Source: Candidatus Doudnabacteria bacterium
GTDB taxonomy: Bacteria > Patescibacteriota > Doudnabacteria > UBA920 > VMFF01
DNA length: 64,000 nucleotides
Direction: 5' to 3'
NCBI GenBank assembly: GCA_963840645.1
Contig: CAWIZL010000004.1
Coordinates: forward strand, 203,470-267,469
Part shown: positions 46,505-57,113 of the stretch, one piece after another
How positions within the stretch are numbered: the first letter of the stretch is position 1
Layout: the number at the start of each line of letters is the position of its first letter
The notes under the pieces: generated by a model
Seen by the model: the letters and a program-made list of their open reading frames with translations, nothing else
Told to the model about the DNA's origin: nothing
Database searches by the model: none
Made by a program: the position numbers and the translations under genes

Positions 46505-47587
46505 CTAACTACTTGTGCCTGGGATGTGCGGGTGCCTGTTCTTGAAAGCTACAACAGTAGAAATGGCCAGAAACAGCATTACCCCGAGCAGGACAACGAG
46601 TGCAACCAGCTTGCCCAAAGACTGCAGGAATATGGCGACAAGCCCAAACGCTGCTGCAATGGCGTACAGAATGAGCACTGTCTGGCGCTGTGAAAATCCA
46701 ATGTCTAAAAGACGGAAGTGCAGGTGCTTGCGGTCTGCCTTGAACGGCGATGAGCCAAACCAGATGCGCCGAACAACAACCCACGCAACATCTAGAATTG
46801 GGATGCCCATCACGAGCAAGGCTGTGGCGATTTTGCCACCGAGCAGCACTGACAAAACACCCAGCATGAACCCGCACAGCGTGCTGCCAGCTTCTCCTAA
46901 AAATATGCTGGCTGGGTTGAAGTTGTAGACCAGGAAACCGAGCAGTGCACCGCTGAGCGCAATTGCAAGGCTCGCTGTTGTACTTTGGTTGATGCGCGGC
47001 GTGAGGGACAGCGCAAAGAGCGTTGTGCTGGCAATGAGTGAAATTCCGCCGCACAGGCCATCCATGCCATCCAAAAATTTAGTTGTGTAGATCATGCCCA
47101 AGATGAACACGAAAATGAAGATGCCGGAGAACGGCACGCCGAGCACCACGAAGTTCAGCATGAACGGGTTGCCGAACGGGTTTGATACCTGCGTGATGCC
47201 AATGCCAATGCCAGAGGCCACAACAGCAACTGCGGCAACAGCGGGTGCAATGAACGAGAGGTTTGGCGGAAGGCTGTACTTGTCATCGAAGAACCCACCA
47301 ATAACCAGCGCGAGGCCGCCAGTGGCAATCCCAATGTAGAAGCGCAGAGGAACAACGTTGAAGTCTGGGTGGGCAAACAGCAGGTACGCTCCCATTGCCA
47401 GAACGAAAGCTGCGTACACGGCAATGCCACCCAGCAGGGGGATTGCGCCGCGGTGGATTTTCCGTTCACTGTTTGGGATGTCTACTGCACCACTGAAAAC
47501 AGCCAGCCTCTTGGCGAGCGGCACGAACAGCAGGCTCAAGGCGAAAGCTCCGAGGAACATTAAAATGTAAGTGGTGAACATGTACAT
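46505..47587 (-). CDS. GT4 polyprenyl-phosphate N-acetylhexosamine-1-phosphate transferase (WecA/TagO-like, MraY superfamily)
   Basis: DIPNSERKIHRGAIPLLGG, FFDDK, KFLDGMDGLCGG, FLGEAGS and DRKHLHF. Confidence 0.75.
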   Translation of the reverse strand: MYMFTTYILMFLGAFALSLLFVPLAKRLAVFSGAVDIPNSERKIHRGAIPLLGGIAVYAAFVLAMGAYLLFAHPDFNVVPLRFYIGIATGGLALVIGGFFDDKYSLPPNLSFIAPAVAAVAVVASGIGIGITQVSNPFGNPFMLNFVVLGVPFSGIFIFVFILGMIYTTKFLDGMDGLCGGISLIASTTLFALSLTPRINQSTTASLAIALSGALLGFLVYNFNPASIFLGEAGSTLCGFMLGVLSVLLGGKIATALLVMGIPILDVAWVVVRRIWFGSSPFKADRKHLHFRLLDIGFSQRQTVLILYAIAAAFGLVAIFLQSLGKLVALVVLLGVMLFLAISTVVAFKNRHPHIPGTSS

Positions 47588-47589
47588 GG

Positions 47590-49261
47590 CTAATTATTTA
47601 CGTGTGGCATAACCTCATCCCCGCTCCTGTACTTTGGCGTGACCCAGAACTGCATGTACTTGCCGAGCATGAGGCGCGTCTGCGCGTCAATTGCAGGCAG
47701 TGAGCCAAAGATAACGGAAATTAAAGGCACCAAGAACCACTGCAGGTACATTTCAATTGTACGCCATACAGTGTACTTTGCGGGGCGCGGTGGCAGGATT
47801 ACCATGTTGATGTAGACTGAAAAAATAAGGAACGCTGTTGCTGTTGTGAGCAGAATTCTGGTCATTGTGGGCAGGTTCGTGGCAATGACAGTCTGCCCAA
47901 AGTTGCTGCCGCCAATGATGAGCGGCAGCCAGCCCAGCAGAGAAATAATAATTGACGCTGCTGCCCAGTTGTAGTTGCCCTCAACGAACTGAAAAATTTT
48001 GTAGATTTTTTCTCGCAGCGAAATGTTCAGGCTCAGCAGGCGTGGCAGCAGGCTCGGGTAGTACTCAACGTTGTACGCCCAGCGGCGCTTCTGCTTGTAC
48101 TGGTTCACCATTGTTGACCAAAACTTGCCGTCGTAGCACGTGTCGAGCGAAATAGAAATGAACAGCGGCACAGAGCGGTAGTCGCCGCCGTAGTGGAGGT
48201 AGCACTGCCAGAAAATGTAGCCGTCTTCATTCACAAGGTCTTTGCGCCAGAACCCAACGTCCACGAGTGCGCGCAGGCTCATGCTGTGCGAAGAGAACGT
48301 GCGGAGGCGGTTCGGCCTGGAGCTCTCCAAGAACTGCCAGAACGTGTTGTTGATGGCCACCAGCCTCACGAGGGCGTTTGATTCCCAAATGTTGTTGTTG
48401 TAGATAGCCACTGGCTGGTAGCTGGAGCGGTACGGCTTCTCCGCGAGCAAGAACTCGTACGTAACGCGCGAAAAGTACTCTGGGTGCACAATTGTATCTG
48501 AATCAAAGTTTGAGACAATGACCTGGTCTATGCCAATGCTCATGCGCTCAAGCTCTGGCAGCACAGACTTAACAGCCCAGCTCGCGTTTGCGCTCTTGCC
48601 CTTTATCTCATCTGGCAAGCCGTCTGGGTGGACGCTCACGAAGAAACCTTTAAACTTTGAGCCAAAATCTTCGCGGACGCGGCTGGCAACGTCTTGCGCA
48701 CTCTGTCCAGCGCGCTCTTCGGATGCCAGCACGGTGATAATGCGTTCGCCAACTGGGTAGTGCGCTGCTGCGAGCGAGCGCAGGCTGGTGCTGAGCACCT
48801 CGTACCCTTCATTGACGAACGGGTAGATGACCAGGTGGTACAGCTCTCTGTAGTCTTTAGCCGGAGCACCTCTGTCAATTGTAGCATCAACTTTTTCAAC
48901 CTCACCCTGCAGGAAAATCCTGTGGCGAGAGCTTTTCTCAAGCTGAATGTGGCCCACCAAGAATGCCCTGTACGATTTGAGTGTCCTGCAGCTTTTCCAG
49001 CCAAGAAAACCAGTCAATGGTAATGAAAAACTTGTACTTCAAGTAGCCGCTCATGATGTGGATTGCGCTGTTCACCGCTTTGAGGAGCCAGTACAGGTCA
49101 AACAGCACAATGAACACAGCAACCCACGCAGGGTGGCTGCGTGAAAAAAATACGCAGAAAACCAAGGTCAGCCAGAACATGGCGCCCGGCAAAATCTCCC
49201 AGGCTCGCTCGGCTGCGGTGCGCTTCCTGAACACGCGGTGCTGTACTTGTTGCTCAGCCAT
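47590..49261 (-). CDS. membrane GT2 glycosyltransferase (processive, cellulose-synthase-like fold), apparent frameshift near 48980
   Basis: NFDSDT (D,D motif) and QKRRW (QxxRW). N-terminal TM part in ORF 48938..49261 and C-terminal TMs in 47590..49017. Confidence 0.7.
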
Positions 49262-49600
49262 TTATATGATGATTCTGGACTTCAAAAAAAACACAGCAAT
49301 GAGCACAAAAATTTGGCTGGCAAGCGCAGTGCCGGCAACTGAATTTGCAATGAATGCGTCCAGCTTAGCTGTGCGACGGTACAAGAAATAGTTGAAGAGC
49401 AGAATGACAGAGCCAACCAGTGGCACTGCGTACAGGTAGTAGCCGCTGCCCGCTAGGTCTGTTCCGTAGAAAACATTGTAGTGGAGGGGCACTGTCACAG
49501 ACGTTGGCCGAATTAGGAAAACCACAATCCACCATGCTATAATGTTCAAAAGCAAACCAGCTGCAAAGAGAAACAAAATTTTGGGAAATCTAAATTTCAT
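49262..49600 (-). CDS. small membrane protein
   Basis: 112 aa with 3-4 hydrophobic helices. Abuts the GT2 gene. Confidence 0.5.
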   Translation of the reverse strand: MKFRFPKILFLFAAGLLLNIIAWWIVVFLIRPTSVTVPLHYNVFYGTDLAGSGYYLYAVPLVGSVILLFNYFLYRRTAKLDAFIANSVAGTALASQIFVLIAVFFLKSRIII

Positions 49601-49645
49601 GGTGCGTAGACACCATTATAGTGAATAATTAAACAAACATCAAAT

Positions 49646-51592
49646 ATGGACAGTAAGAGGGTGAAAATTATCCAGTACGTGCTGTTGGGGATAGTGCTGC
49701 TCACGGCGCTCTACTTTCGGTTCCACCTAATAGGAAAAATACCGGGCGGGCTCTACCCAGACGAGGCTGCGAACGGCCTAGACATTAACAACATTCTCAA
49801 AGGCCACATTGCGCCATTCTTTCTGCGCGGCAACGGGCGCGAGGCGCTGTTCTTCTACTTTGAAGCTGCCAGCGTGCTAATGTTTGGGCGCGGCGTGTGG
49901 CAGTTCCACATTGTGTCTGCAACAATTGGCGTGCTCTCAGTGCTGGGCTGCTACCTCGTGGCATCGCGCTTCTACAATCGCTCTGTTGGGCTCATGGCTT
50001 CATTCTTCATGGCTGTTGGCACGTGGCACATTGTGCTCTCGCGCACAGCGCTACGGGCAATTCAAACTCCCCTGTTCATCAGTTTCCTGTTCTACTTTGG
50101 AGCACGCGCGCTACAGGCTAAAACTAAAGCTGAGCGCTACTGGTGTGCAGCTATTGCCGGCATATTTTTAGGCGGCGGACTCTACACGTACATTGCGTTC
50201 AGGGTTGTGCCGCTCATCATCATCTTTGTGCTGGCAATTGTGCTTCTGGTTGACTGGCGCCAGAAGTGGGCTTGGGTCAAAGAGTACTGGGGTGCTGCGT
50301 GCACAACGTTTGTTGTTGCGCTCGTCACGACGCTCCCAATTGACTGGTACTTTATCACAAACCCTGGCTCGTTCAGTGGCCGCTCATCGCAGGTGTCTGT
50401 GTTCAACCCAGACTTAAACCACGGGCACCTGCTGGCAACAATTGGCACGGTATTCTTCAAGCAGGTTCGTGCGTACTTCATTGACGGAGACACGAACTGG
50501 CGCCAGAACATTTCTGGCTTCCCGTTCTTGTCGCCGCTCATCAGCCCATTCTTTGGGGTGTGCCTGCTCGCGCTCACGCTTATCACCGTTGTGGTTGTGT
50601 ACAAGGCACTCGCAAAGAGGCTATCAGCTGAAGAGCTGAAGAAAAAACTGGCGAGCGTCACGGTTGTGGCAATTTTCTGGGTCATGCTCATTCCGGTTGT
50701 TGCCACTGACGAGGGCATCCCGCACGGCCTGCGCTCTGTTGGCACAATTCCAGCTGTCTACATTCTATCGGCTGTTGGGGTTGCGTACGCTTGGAAAAAG
50801 CTCCACGAACTGTGGCACCACGGGTGGATGGAGTACCTGTACAAGCTCGTGGCAGTCCTGTTCTTTGCATCAATGGCGTTCATTTCGTACCAGCAGTACT
50901 TTGTGTACGCGGCGAACGTGCCAATGGTCAACCCTGGCGACAGCGTCGACGCGTTCCGCTCAGACCTCACCCGGGTTAGCTCGTGGATCAACGCACACCC
51001 GAACGCAAAGCTGCACACGTACCTGGTGCTCGACCTCTACTCTGTGCAGACCGTTGACTACCTCACCACGGCCGCTGGAAACCCGTACGTAATTGTCGAT
51101 CCAGCCCACGCGCAAGACCTGCACGTGAGCCGTGGGGACACCGTGCTGTTCACAGGTTCAACAGTGCCAGATGCTGAGCGGTTCCTGCAGGCACACCAAG
51201 GTCGCGTTGCCATTGCGGAAGAAGCGTACAACAGGTTTGGCGCAGTAGAGCTCATTGTGGTGAACGTCACGGCAAATGACCCGAGCGTGAGCCTGGGCGC
51301 AAACGCGGACGGCAGCTTCACGGTCCTGAACTTTGGCCAGAGGATCGACTGGTACTGGGAAGACGTCTCGTTCTACCCGTGGGTGATTAAAATTTGGCAG
51401 TGCAGCACGGCTGACTGCAGCGATGCGCAGCTCGTGAAAACAAACAACCAGAACGACTACCTCTCAACGGCAGACAACGAGCTTGTAGACGGCACAAGGT
51501 CTGATTTGTACTTCCACGCAGTTGGATACGACAGCAAGGGCAATGTAATTAAAGACTACGGAACCATTAAAGCACCAAAGTATGTCCAGTAA
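49646..51592 (+). CDS. GT39/GT83-like (ArnT/PMT family) membrane glycosyltransferase
   Basis: First-loop acidic motif GGLYPDEAANG, multi-TM N-terminal half and soluble C-terminal domain. Confidence 0.7.
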   Translation: MDSKRVKIIQYVLLGIVLLTALYFRFHLIGKIPGGLYPDEAANGLDINNILKGHIAPFFLRGNGREALFFYFEAASVLMFGRGVWQFHIVSATIGVLSVLGCYLVASRFYNRSVGLMASFFMAVGTWHIVLSRTALRAIQTPLFISFLFYFGARALQAKTKAERYWCAAIAGIFLGGGLYTYIAFRVVPLIIIFVLAIVLLVDWRQKWAWVKEYWGAACTTFVVALVTTLPIDWYFITNPGSFSGRSSQVSVFNPDLNHGHLLATIGTVFFKQVRAYFIDGDTNWRQNISGFPFLSPLISPFFGVCLLALTLITVVVVYKALAKRLSAEELKKKLASVTVVAIFWVMLIPVVATDEGIPHGLRSVGTIPAVYILSAVGVAYAWKKLHELWHHGWMEYLYKLVAVLFFASMAFISYQQYFVYAANVPMVNPGDSVDAFRSDLTRVSSWINAHPNAKLHTYLVLDLYSVQTVDYLTTAAGNPYVIVDPAHAQDLHVSRGDTVLFTGSTVPDAERFLQAHQGRVAIAEEAYNRFGAVELIVVNVTANDPSVSLGANADGSFTVLNFGQRIDWYWEDVSFYPWVIKIWQCSTADCSDAQLVKTNNQNDYLSTADNELVDGTRSDLYFHAVGYDSKGNVIKDYGTIKAPKYVQ

Positions 51593-53147
51593 CAACGAGG
51601 TGAGCGCCAACGTAAAGGCTTGGTTCAAGCGGAACTGGATCTTAATTATCATTTTGGTTGTTGCAACCTTGATGAGGCTCTACGACCTCACGGCAATTTC
51701 ACTGTGGCACGATGAGGCATTCTCTGCGCTGCTCATCACGTACCCGTGGCACGAGATGATGTACCGCATTGGCCTGGACGTGCACCCGCCAGCGTACTAC
51801 ATCGCGCTGCGCGTGTGGGCTGACGTGCTCGGGCACTCGCTGCTCTCGCTGCGAGGGTTCTCGGCATTCTTCGGCATTGGCACTGTGTGGGCAACCTACC
51901 TGTTCGTGAAAGAGGCGTTTGGAAAGAAGGACGTCGCGCTGGTGGCAGCTGCACTCATGGCAGTGGATGCATTCCAGATAACCTTTGTCACAGAGGCACG
52001 AATGTACACGTTTGGCACGTTCTTCTTAATGGTTTCTGCGTACGCGCTGGTGGCTGCATTCAAGAGGCAAGCTGAACTTGAAGCTGGCAACACAGCGGCG
52101 CGCAGGTGGACCATTTGGTTCTGGTCGCTGTTCACGGTTTCAACTGCCCTCATAATTTACACGCACTACTACCTGCTATTTTCGGCACTCGCAGTGGGGC
52201 TGTACGGGCTCTGGTACGTCATAAAAACCTACGGAAAAAAATGGAAAAGCTACACGTGGTGGGTCTGCTCCTACCTCGTGGTGTTTGCTGCGTACATCCC
52301 GTGGGTCAAGACTTTCGTGTTCCAATTCAACCAGGTGCAGGCAAACTACTGGATTCCCGCCATGAACATTTGGTCTGTGCCTGTCACAAACTACCAGCTG
52401 CTGCTGGGCGCAGGCGCTGACTCAACGAAAACAAGCACGCAGGTGGGACTGGTGCTCGCCTGCCTCGTGTCAATCTACATCATCTACCGCGTCGCGCGGC
52501 GCGAGGAGCATAAGGCAAAGTGGCTGGTGCTGCTCGCGCTGGTGCTGCCGTTCGTGTGCGGCGTGGCAGCATCTGCCAAGCGTTCACTGTACGAAGATCG
52601 TTACTTCGTGTTTGCCGCGCTGTTCTACAGCGTTGCGGTAGCGCTGTTTGCTTGGACTTTTGAAAAAAAATGGGTACGCTATGGCTTGGTCACGCTCGTT
52701 GCGGTCATCAGTATTTTCAACTGGTGGCAGGGCTGGGTGAGCCTAGACATTAAAGACAAGCCCGGCATGTCTGGAGCCGCCGCGTACATCAACGCAAACT
52801 TTCAACCTGGCGACAGGCTCGACGTTGGCTCATCGTTCGAGTTCTTCAACTTCCAGTACTACAACCAAACCGGTACACCGCCGCTCCTGTACACGCCTGG
52901 CACCACGCACGTAAGCCAGCTGCCAAACTACTCTGGCACTGCGCTGCTGAGCGATGGCCAGCTCCTGCCGAGCCTCACCGCAAACGTAGCAAAGGGAGAC
53001 CACGTGTGGATGCTATGGACGAACGGTTTTGGAGGCTCACAGCCAACAGTGCCTGCGAACTGGGTTCAGTTCGTGAACCAGAGCTACCCAGACGTGCGTC
53101 CGTACGTTGGCACAACCATTTACGTGGACGAGTACCTGGTGCAGTAG
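51582..53147 (+). CDS. GT39/GT83-like (ArnT/PMT family) membrane glycosyltransferase, paralog
   Basis: SLWHDEAFSAL motif and multi-TM profile. Overlaps the upstream paralog by 11 nt. Confidence 0.7.
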   Translation: MSSNNEVSANVKAWFKRNWILIIILVVATLMRLYDLTAISLWHDEAFSALLITYPWHEMMYRIGLDVHPPAYYIALRVWADVLGHSLLSLRGFSAFFGIGTVWATYLFVKEAFGKKDVALVAAALMAVDAFQITFVTEARMYTFGTFFLMVSAYALVAAFKRQAELEAGNTAARRWTIWFWSLFTVSTALIIYTHYYLLFSALAVGLYGLWYVIKTYGKKWKSYTWWVCSYLVVFAAYIPWVKTFVFQFNQVQANYWIPAMNIWSVPVTNYQLLLGAGADSTKTSTQVGLVLACLVSIYIIYRVARREEHKAKWLVLLALVLPFVCGVAASAKRSLYEDRYFVFAALFYSVAVALFAWTFEKKWVRYGLVTLVAVISIFNWWQGWVSLDIKDKPGMSGAAAYINANFQPGDRLDVGSSFEFFNFQYYNQTGTPPLLYTPGTTHVSQLPNYSGTALLSDGQLLPSLTANVAKGDHVWMLWTNGFGGSQPTVPANWVQFVNQSYPDVRPYVGTTIYVDEYLVQ

Positions 53148-53561
53148 CTACTGTATATCCTGCTGCAGCTGGTTTGGGTTTAGGTTCTCAATGCCTTGGA
53201 GCTGTGCTGGCGTCGCAACGCTCTGGATGAGCACGTCTATAAAAATCAAAGTGATGGCAACAATGAAAACCGTGAGGCCAATGCACACGAGGGCAAGTTT
53301 GTGGGCATCCTCTTTCTTGTTGAACCACCAAAAGTAAGCTGCGATGAGCAACCCAACTGGCGGGAAGAGCAGCGAGGCAGTGTACGACCAGTTGCGAACT
53401 TTATTTGAAACATGCGAGTGCTCCTGGTTGTCCATTGCAGACATCACAAGAGCCGCAACGTCAATTTGCCTGTCTGGGTTTGCAGCTGCCAGAGCCTTGT
53501 ACTCATCAATCTTTGCCTGCAAATCTTTTTCTGCACCCTCTGTGCCGAGTAGGTCTACCAT
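53148..53561 (-). CDS. small membrane protein
   Basis: ATG at 53561 (MVDLLGTEGAEKDL...). Two TM helices. The longer ORF to 53687 overlaps the upstream gene. Confidence 0.5.
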   Translation of the reverse strand: MVDLLGTEGAEKDLQAKIDEYKALAAANPDRQIDVAALVMSAMDNQEHSHVSNKVRNWSYTASLLFPPVGLLIAAYFWWFNKKEDAHKLALVCIGLTVFIVAITLIFIDVLIQSVATPAQLQGIENLNPNQLQQDIQ

Positions 53562-53568
53562 AGGTTTA

Positions 53569-54484
53569 TTATACACCAGGAGTTGGCGTCGGGCTTGGGC
53601 TTGGGGTGGCTGTTGGCGGCAGCACTGTTGCCGCACACGGGTCCCCCTTGTAGCAGCCGTAGGCCTTTGGATCAAAGCGCATGTCAAAGTACGCGAGCTT
53701 TGCCTGTTGGCTGGGAGTCAGCTGGCCCCACAGAGTTTGGAGCCTGCTCAACGACAGGCTTGGGTCTGATGTGTCATCGAATAGGAAGCGTGCGCCGTTC
53801 TGCGCCACAACCGTGAAGGTTGTGTCAGCCTCCGAGTTTACCTCAAAGTGTGAAATCGCCAGTGGCAGTAGCTTTGAAAAATTAGCCGCAACGTACTTCA
53901 CGAATGCAACCTGCTGCTGCGTAAATAAGTGGCTACCCTGCACAACAGGGTCGCCTGCGGTACTGTCTACAATCGTGGTGCCCTGCGGCTGGTCAATTTG
54001 GCCGCCCAGCGTGCCGTCAGAGTACACCGTGTAGTTCAGGCCATTGACCTGGAGCGCATACGTTGGCACGCGCTGCACAACGGAAACAGCGACCGTGTGC
54101 CACAGCTTGCGGTGCACTGACACAACCTGGGAAATTTGCGGATCTCCAGCTGCCAAGAAACTGGCAAAGCGGTTTGGCATGAAGAGCACAATGTTTGACT
54201 GTGGCAAACCGTACGGGTGCTGGCTTTCGTAATCTTGCAGGCTGCTCAGAATTTGCGCTGCCACCTGGGAATCTGCACCTGTGACCGTAGCGGCATTCAC
54301 AGATAAAAACTTTGCAAAGTAGGCAAGGTAAACAAGGGCTGCCCAAGACAACAACACCTGGCACAACCCACTTCAGCGCTGTAAAGTTTCGCGATGCCTG
54401 AACCCGCGGCACGCTGCGCTTGTACGCGCGCTGCGCCCTAATTTGGCTCTTGTAGTGCGGATTGTTGAAACGTTTTGTGTCCAT
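53569..54484 (-). CDS. FtsQ/DivIB-like cell division protein (TM + POTRA), apparent frameshift near 54360
   Basis: Basic N-terminus and TM in ORF 54017..54484. The second frame continues VLLSWAALVYLAYFAKFLSVNAATVTG (POTRA start) in 53569..54366. Confidence 0.55.
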
Positions 54485-54522
54485 TGTTTAGTGGCGCAGT
54501 GGCCACGATGAACTGCCCTGAG

Positions 54523-55815
54523 CTACTTTTTTATTTCTGTCCTGCCAGCAGCGTAAGGCTGGAGAGCTGCTGGAATTTTAATTGATCCATCTGCTTGCTG
54601 GTAGTTCTCCATGATTGCAATGAGCAGCCGGCCAATGGCAAAGGCTGTTGCATCGTTCATGTGCACGTACTCAGACTTGCCGCTGCTTGCACCTGTCGTG
54701 CGCTTCACCTTGATGTTCAGCCTGCGCGCCTGGTAGTCTGTCATGAGGTCTGCACTGTGCGTCTCGCGGTACTTGTTCTGGCCAGGCATCCACGTCTCAA
54801 GGTCAATGTGGCGCGCATCAGGGTCGCCCATGTCACCTGTTGAGCAAATCACGAGTCTGTACGGAAGGCCAAGCCTGCTAACCAAGTGTTCCTGAATTGC
54901 GACGAGCAGGTTCTGCTCTTCAATAGAATCTTCTGGCAGACAGAACGTTTCCATTTCAAGCTTGTCAAACTGGTGCAGGCGCAGAATTCCCTTTGTGTCC
55001 TTGCCGTACGAGCCTGCCTCACGGCGAAACGACGTTGAGTAGCCCAGGTAGCGAATTGGCAGCTCAGCTTCTGGAATTGTCTGGTCCATGTGCAGCGGCC
55101 CGAGCGTGTGCTCTGCGCTGCCAATGAGGTACGCGTCATCGCTCGGAATGTAGTAGCGTTCGTCGCGCGGCTCGAGCCTGCCCATGCGCTGGAACACCTC
55201 AGGCCTGATGAACACCGGCGGCACAACTGGCGTGAAAGGCTTTGCTGAAATGCTCAGGCCTGCTGCGTCAACAATTTTTTGCATTGACTCAGCATCAGTG
55301 AGCGTGTGCATGACGAACTGGATAACGGCAAACTGGAGCAACGCCAAGTCGCCCTTCAGGTACGTGAATCGTGCGCCAGAAACCTTGGCTGCTGTCTCGT
55401 TGTCTATTACCCCGAGCGTCGCCCCAAGCTCCCAGTGTTCCTTTGGTTCAAAATCAAACTTTGGCACCTTACCCACTGTCTTGAGAACAACGTTCTCATC
55501 TTCACCTGCGCCAACTGGCGTATCGTCAGACGGCAAGTTTGGAACTGCCAGCATGAGCGCGGTGAATTCAGCGTCAATGCGGGCGTGCTCTGCTTCGAGC
55601 GGCTCGAGCTGCTGCTTGATGAGCTTGCCGCTTTCTACGTTGCGATCTTTTGCAGCTGCTGTGCGCTCTTGGTTCAGTGCCTCAATGCGCACCTGCAGGC
55701 TGTGGCGCTCTGCGTCGAGCTTCAAGATGAGGTCAACGTCTACGTCAACGTTTTTCTGCTTTGCCTTCACACGAACGAGCTCTGGATTTTCACGGATTCT
55801 CTTGATGTCTAGCAT
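54523..55815 (-). CDS. serS: seryl-tRNA synthetase
   Basis: MLDIKRIRENPE coiled-coil arm. Class II core FRREAGSYGKDTKGILRLHQF and GRLLIAIMENYQ. Confidence 0.9.
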   Translation of the reverse strand: MLDIKRIRENPELVRVKAKQKNVDVDVDLILKLDAERHSLQVRIEALNQERTAAAKDRNVESGKLIKQQLEPLEAEHARIDAEFTALMLAVPNLPSDDTPVGAGEDENVVLKTVGKVPKFDFEPKEHWELGATLGVIDNETAAKVSGARFTYLKGDLALLQFAVIQFVMHTLTDAESMQKIVDAAGLSISAKPFTPVVPPVFIRPEVFQRMGRLEPRDERYYIPSDDAYLIGSAEHTLGPLHMDQTIPEAELPIRYLGYSTSFRREAGSYGKDTKGILRLHQFDKLEMETFCLPEDSIEEQNLLVAIQEHLVSRLGLPYRLVICSTGDMGDPDARHIDLETWMPGQNKYRETHSADLMTDYQARRLNIKVKRTTGASSGKSEYVHMNDATAFAIGRLLIAIMENYQQADGSIKIPAALQPYAAGRTEIKK

Positions 55816-55920
55816 AGGAAAAGTATACCAATTCTTAAGGTTTTGGGCAAAAAGTTGTCTGGAAATAAAAATCGCTGGATCCCCTTGCGAGGATCCAGCG
55901 TGCGACGTAGCACTTAAACG

Positions 55921-56439
55921 TCACAATTTATAGAATACGTACACAGCAGCGATCAGCAGCGTCATCAAAACGATACCAAACAGAGCGCCATCGCGCACGT
56001 TCTTCTTCGCCTCGACTCGCCCCTTGAAGAAGGTTGCCACGACTTCACGTGGATCTGGAGGGCAGCTGTGCGTCCACCGGTAGAGCGGGTACACGTCGTA
56101 ATCAGTGTTCTCACCCATCAGGCAAACAACTAGAATGCACGACGCGGAAAGGCACGCAGTGGCGTCAGTCCAAACCCACAGGTCAATCGGCTTGTCGTAG
56201 ATTTTAGCCGCGTCCTGCAGTTCATCACACCGCGCAACCAGAAACTGATAAATTGCGTCAGGCCACTTGTTAATTTGCGCCACCACCAAAGCCTCCATTG
56301 CATGGTAGCGTGTGGAGAGTGGAGCTCCCGTCACAGCGGCTTCACTGGCGGCGTAGCGCTTTTCCAAGCAAAACAGGCTTGGATTGAAAACGGTAACTGT
56401 GCCGCCCTCTACTGCTTCCTGTAGCGTCTCTATGCTCAT
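55921..56439 (-). CDS. hypothetical protein with C-terminal TM
   Basis: ATG at 56439 follows TGGAGGTG. C-terminal ALFGIVLMTLLIAAVYVF. Confidence 0.5.
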   Translation of the reverse strand: MSIETLQEAVEGGTVTVFNPSLFCLEKRYAASEAAVTGAPLSTRYHAMEALVVAQINKWPDAIYQFLVARCDELQDAAKIYDKPIDLWVWTDATACLSASCILVVCLMGENTDYDVYPLYRWTHSCPPDPREVVATFFKGRVEAKKNVRDGALFGIVLMTLLIAAVYVFYKL

Positions 56440-56574
56440 ACACACCTCCATTTGTAGATTTCAAACATTTCTACTATACCAAAAAATTTTAAAAAAAGCA
56501 AGCGAAGACGCGTGAACTAAAAAGTGACCAGCTGCGGCGGGCTGCTCACTCAACAAAAAAATTTTGTGCCTATG

Positions 56575-57060
56575 CTACCGAATTGCCTTCAGCTCGTAGT
56601 GCACATCGCCTGCTGGCGTTGTGACTGGAAACGTCTCGCCAACCTTGCGGCCGAGCAGAGCCTTGCCAATGAGCGATTCATTTGAAATTTTACCCTCTGA
56701 TGGGTTTGCCTCGTTTGCGCCGACAATGGTGTACGTGCGCTCTGCTGGTTTGTCATCGCTCGCACGCTTCACCATGACGACGACTGTTGAGCCAATGGTG
56801 ACCGTGCTGCGGTGGTTGCTCGTGTGGTGGATGATCTCGGAGTTCTTGATGATCTCCTCAATTTCCTGCACGCGGCCTTCTATGAAAGACTGCTCTTCTT
56901 TTGCCTGCGCGTAGTCTGCGTTCTCGGAAAGGTCGCCGTGCGACACAGCTTCCTGGATGCGCTCAATAATTTCTTTGCGGCGATCGTTGACAAGTCCATC
57001 GAGCTCTAGCTTCAGCTTCTCGAGGCCTTCTGGGGTCAGCAAATGTTTCTTCTGGCTCAT
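56575..57060 (-). CDS. greA: transcription elongation factor GreA
   Basis: LTPEGLEKLKLEL ... GDLSENADYAQAKEEQ ... C-terminal FKBP-like domain. Confidence 0.9.
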   Translation of the reverse strand: MSQKKHLLTPEGLEKLKLELDGLVNDRRKEIIERIQEAVSHGDLSENADYAQAKEEQSFIEGRVQEIEEIIKNSEIIHHTSNHRSTVTIGSTVVVMVKRASDDKPAERTYTIVGANEANPSEGKISNESLIGKALLGRKVGETFPVTTPAGDVHYELKAIR

Positions 57061-57113
57061 GGGGAATGTCTGCTTAATGTACGGGATAATACTACGGGAA
57101 GAACGGCCCGATG

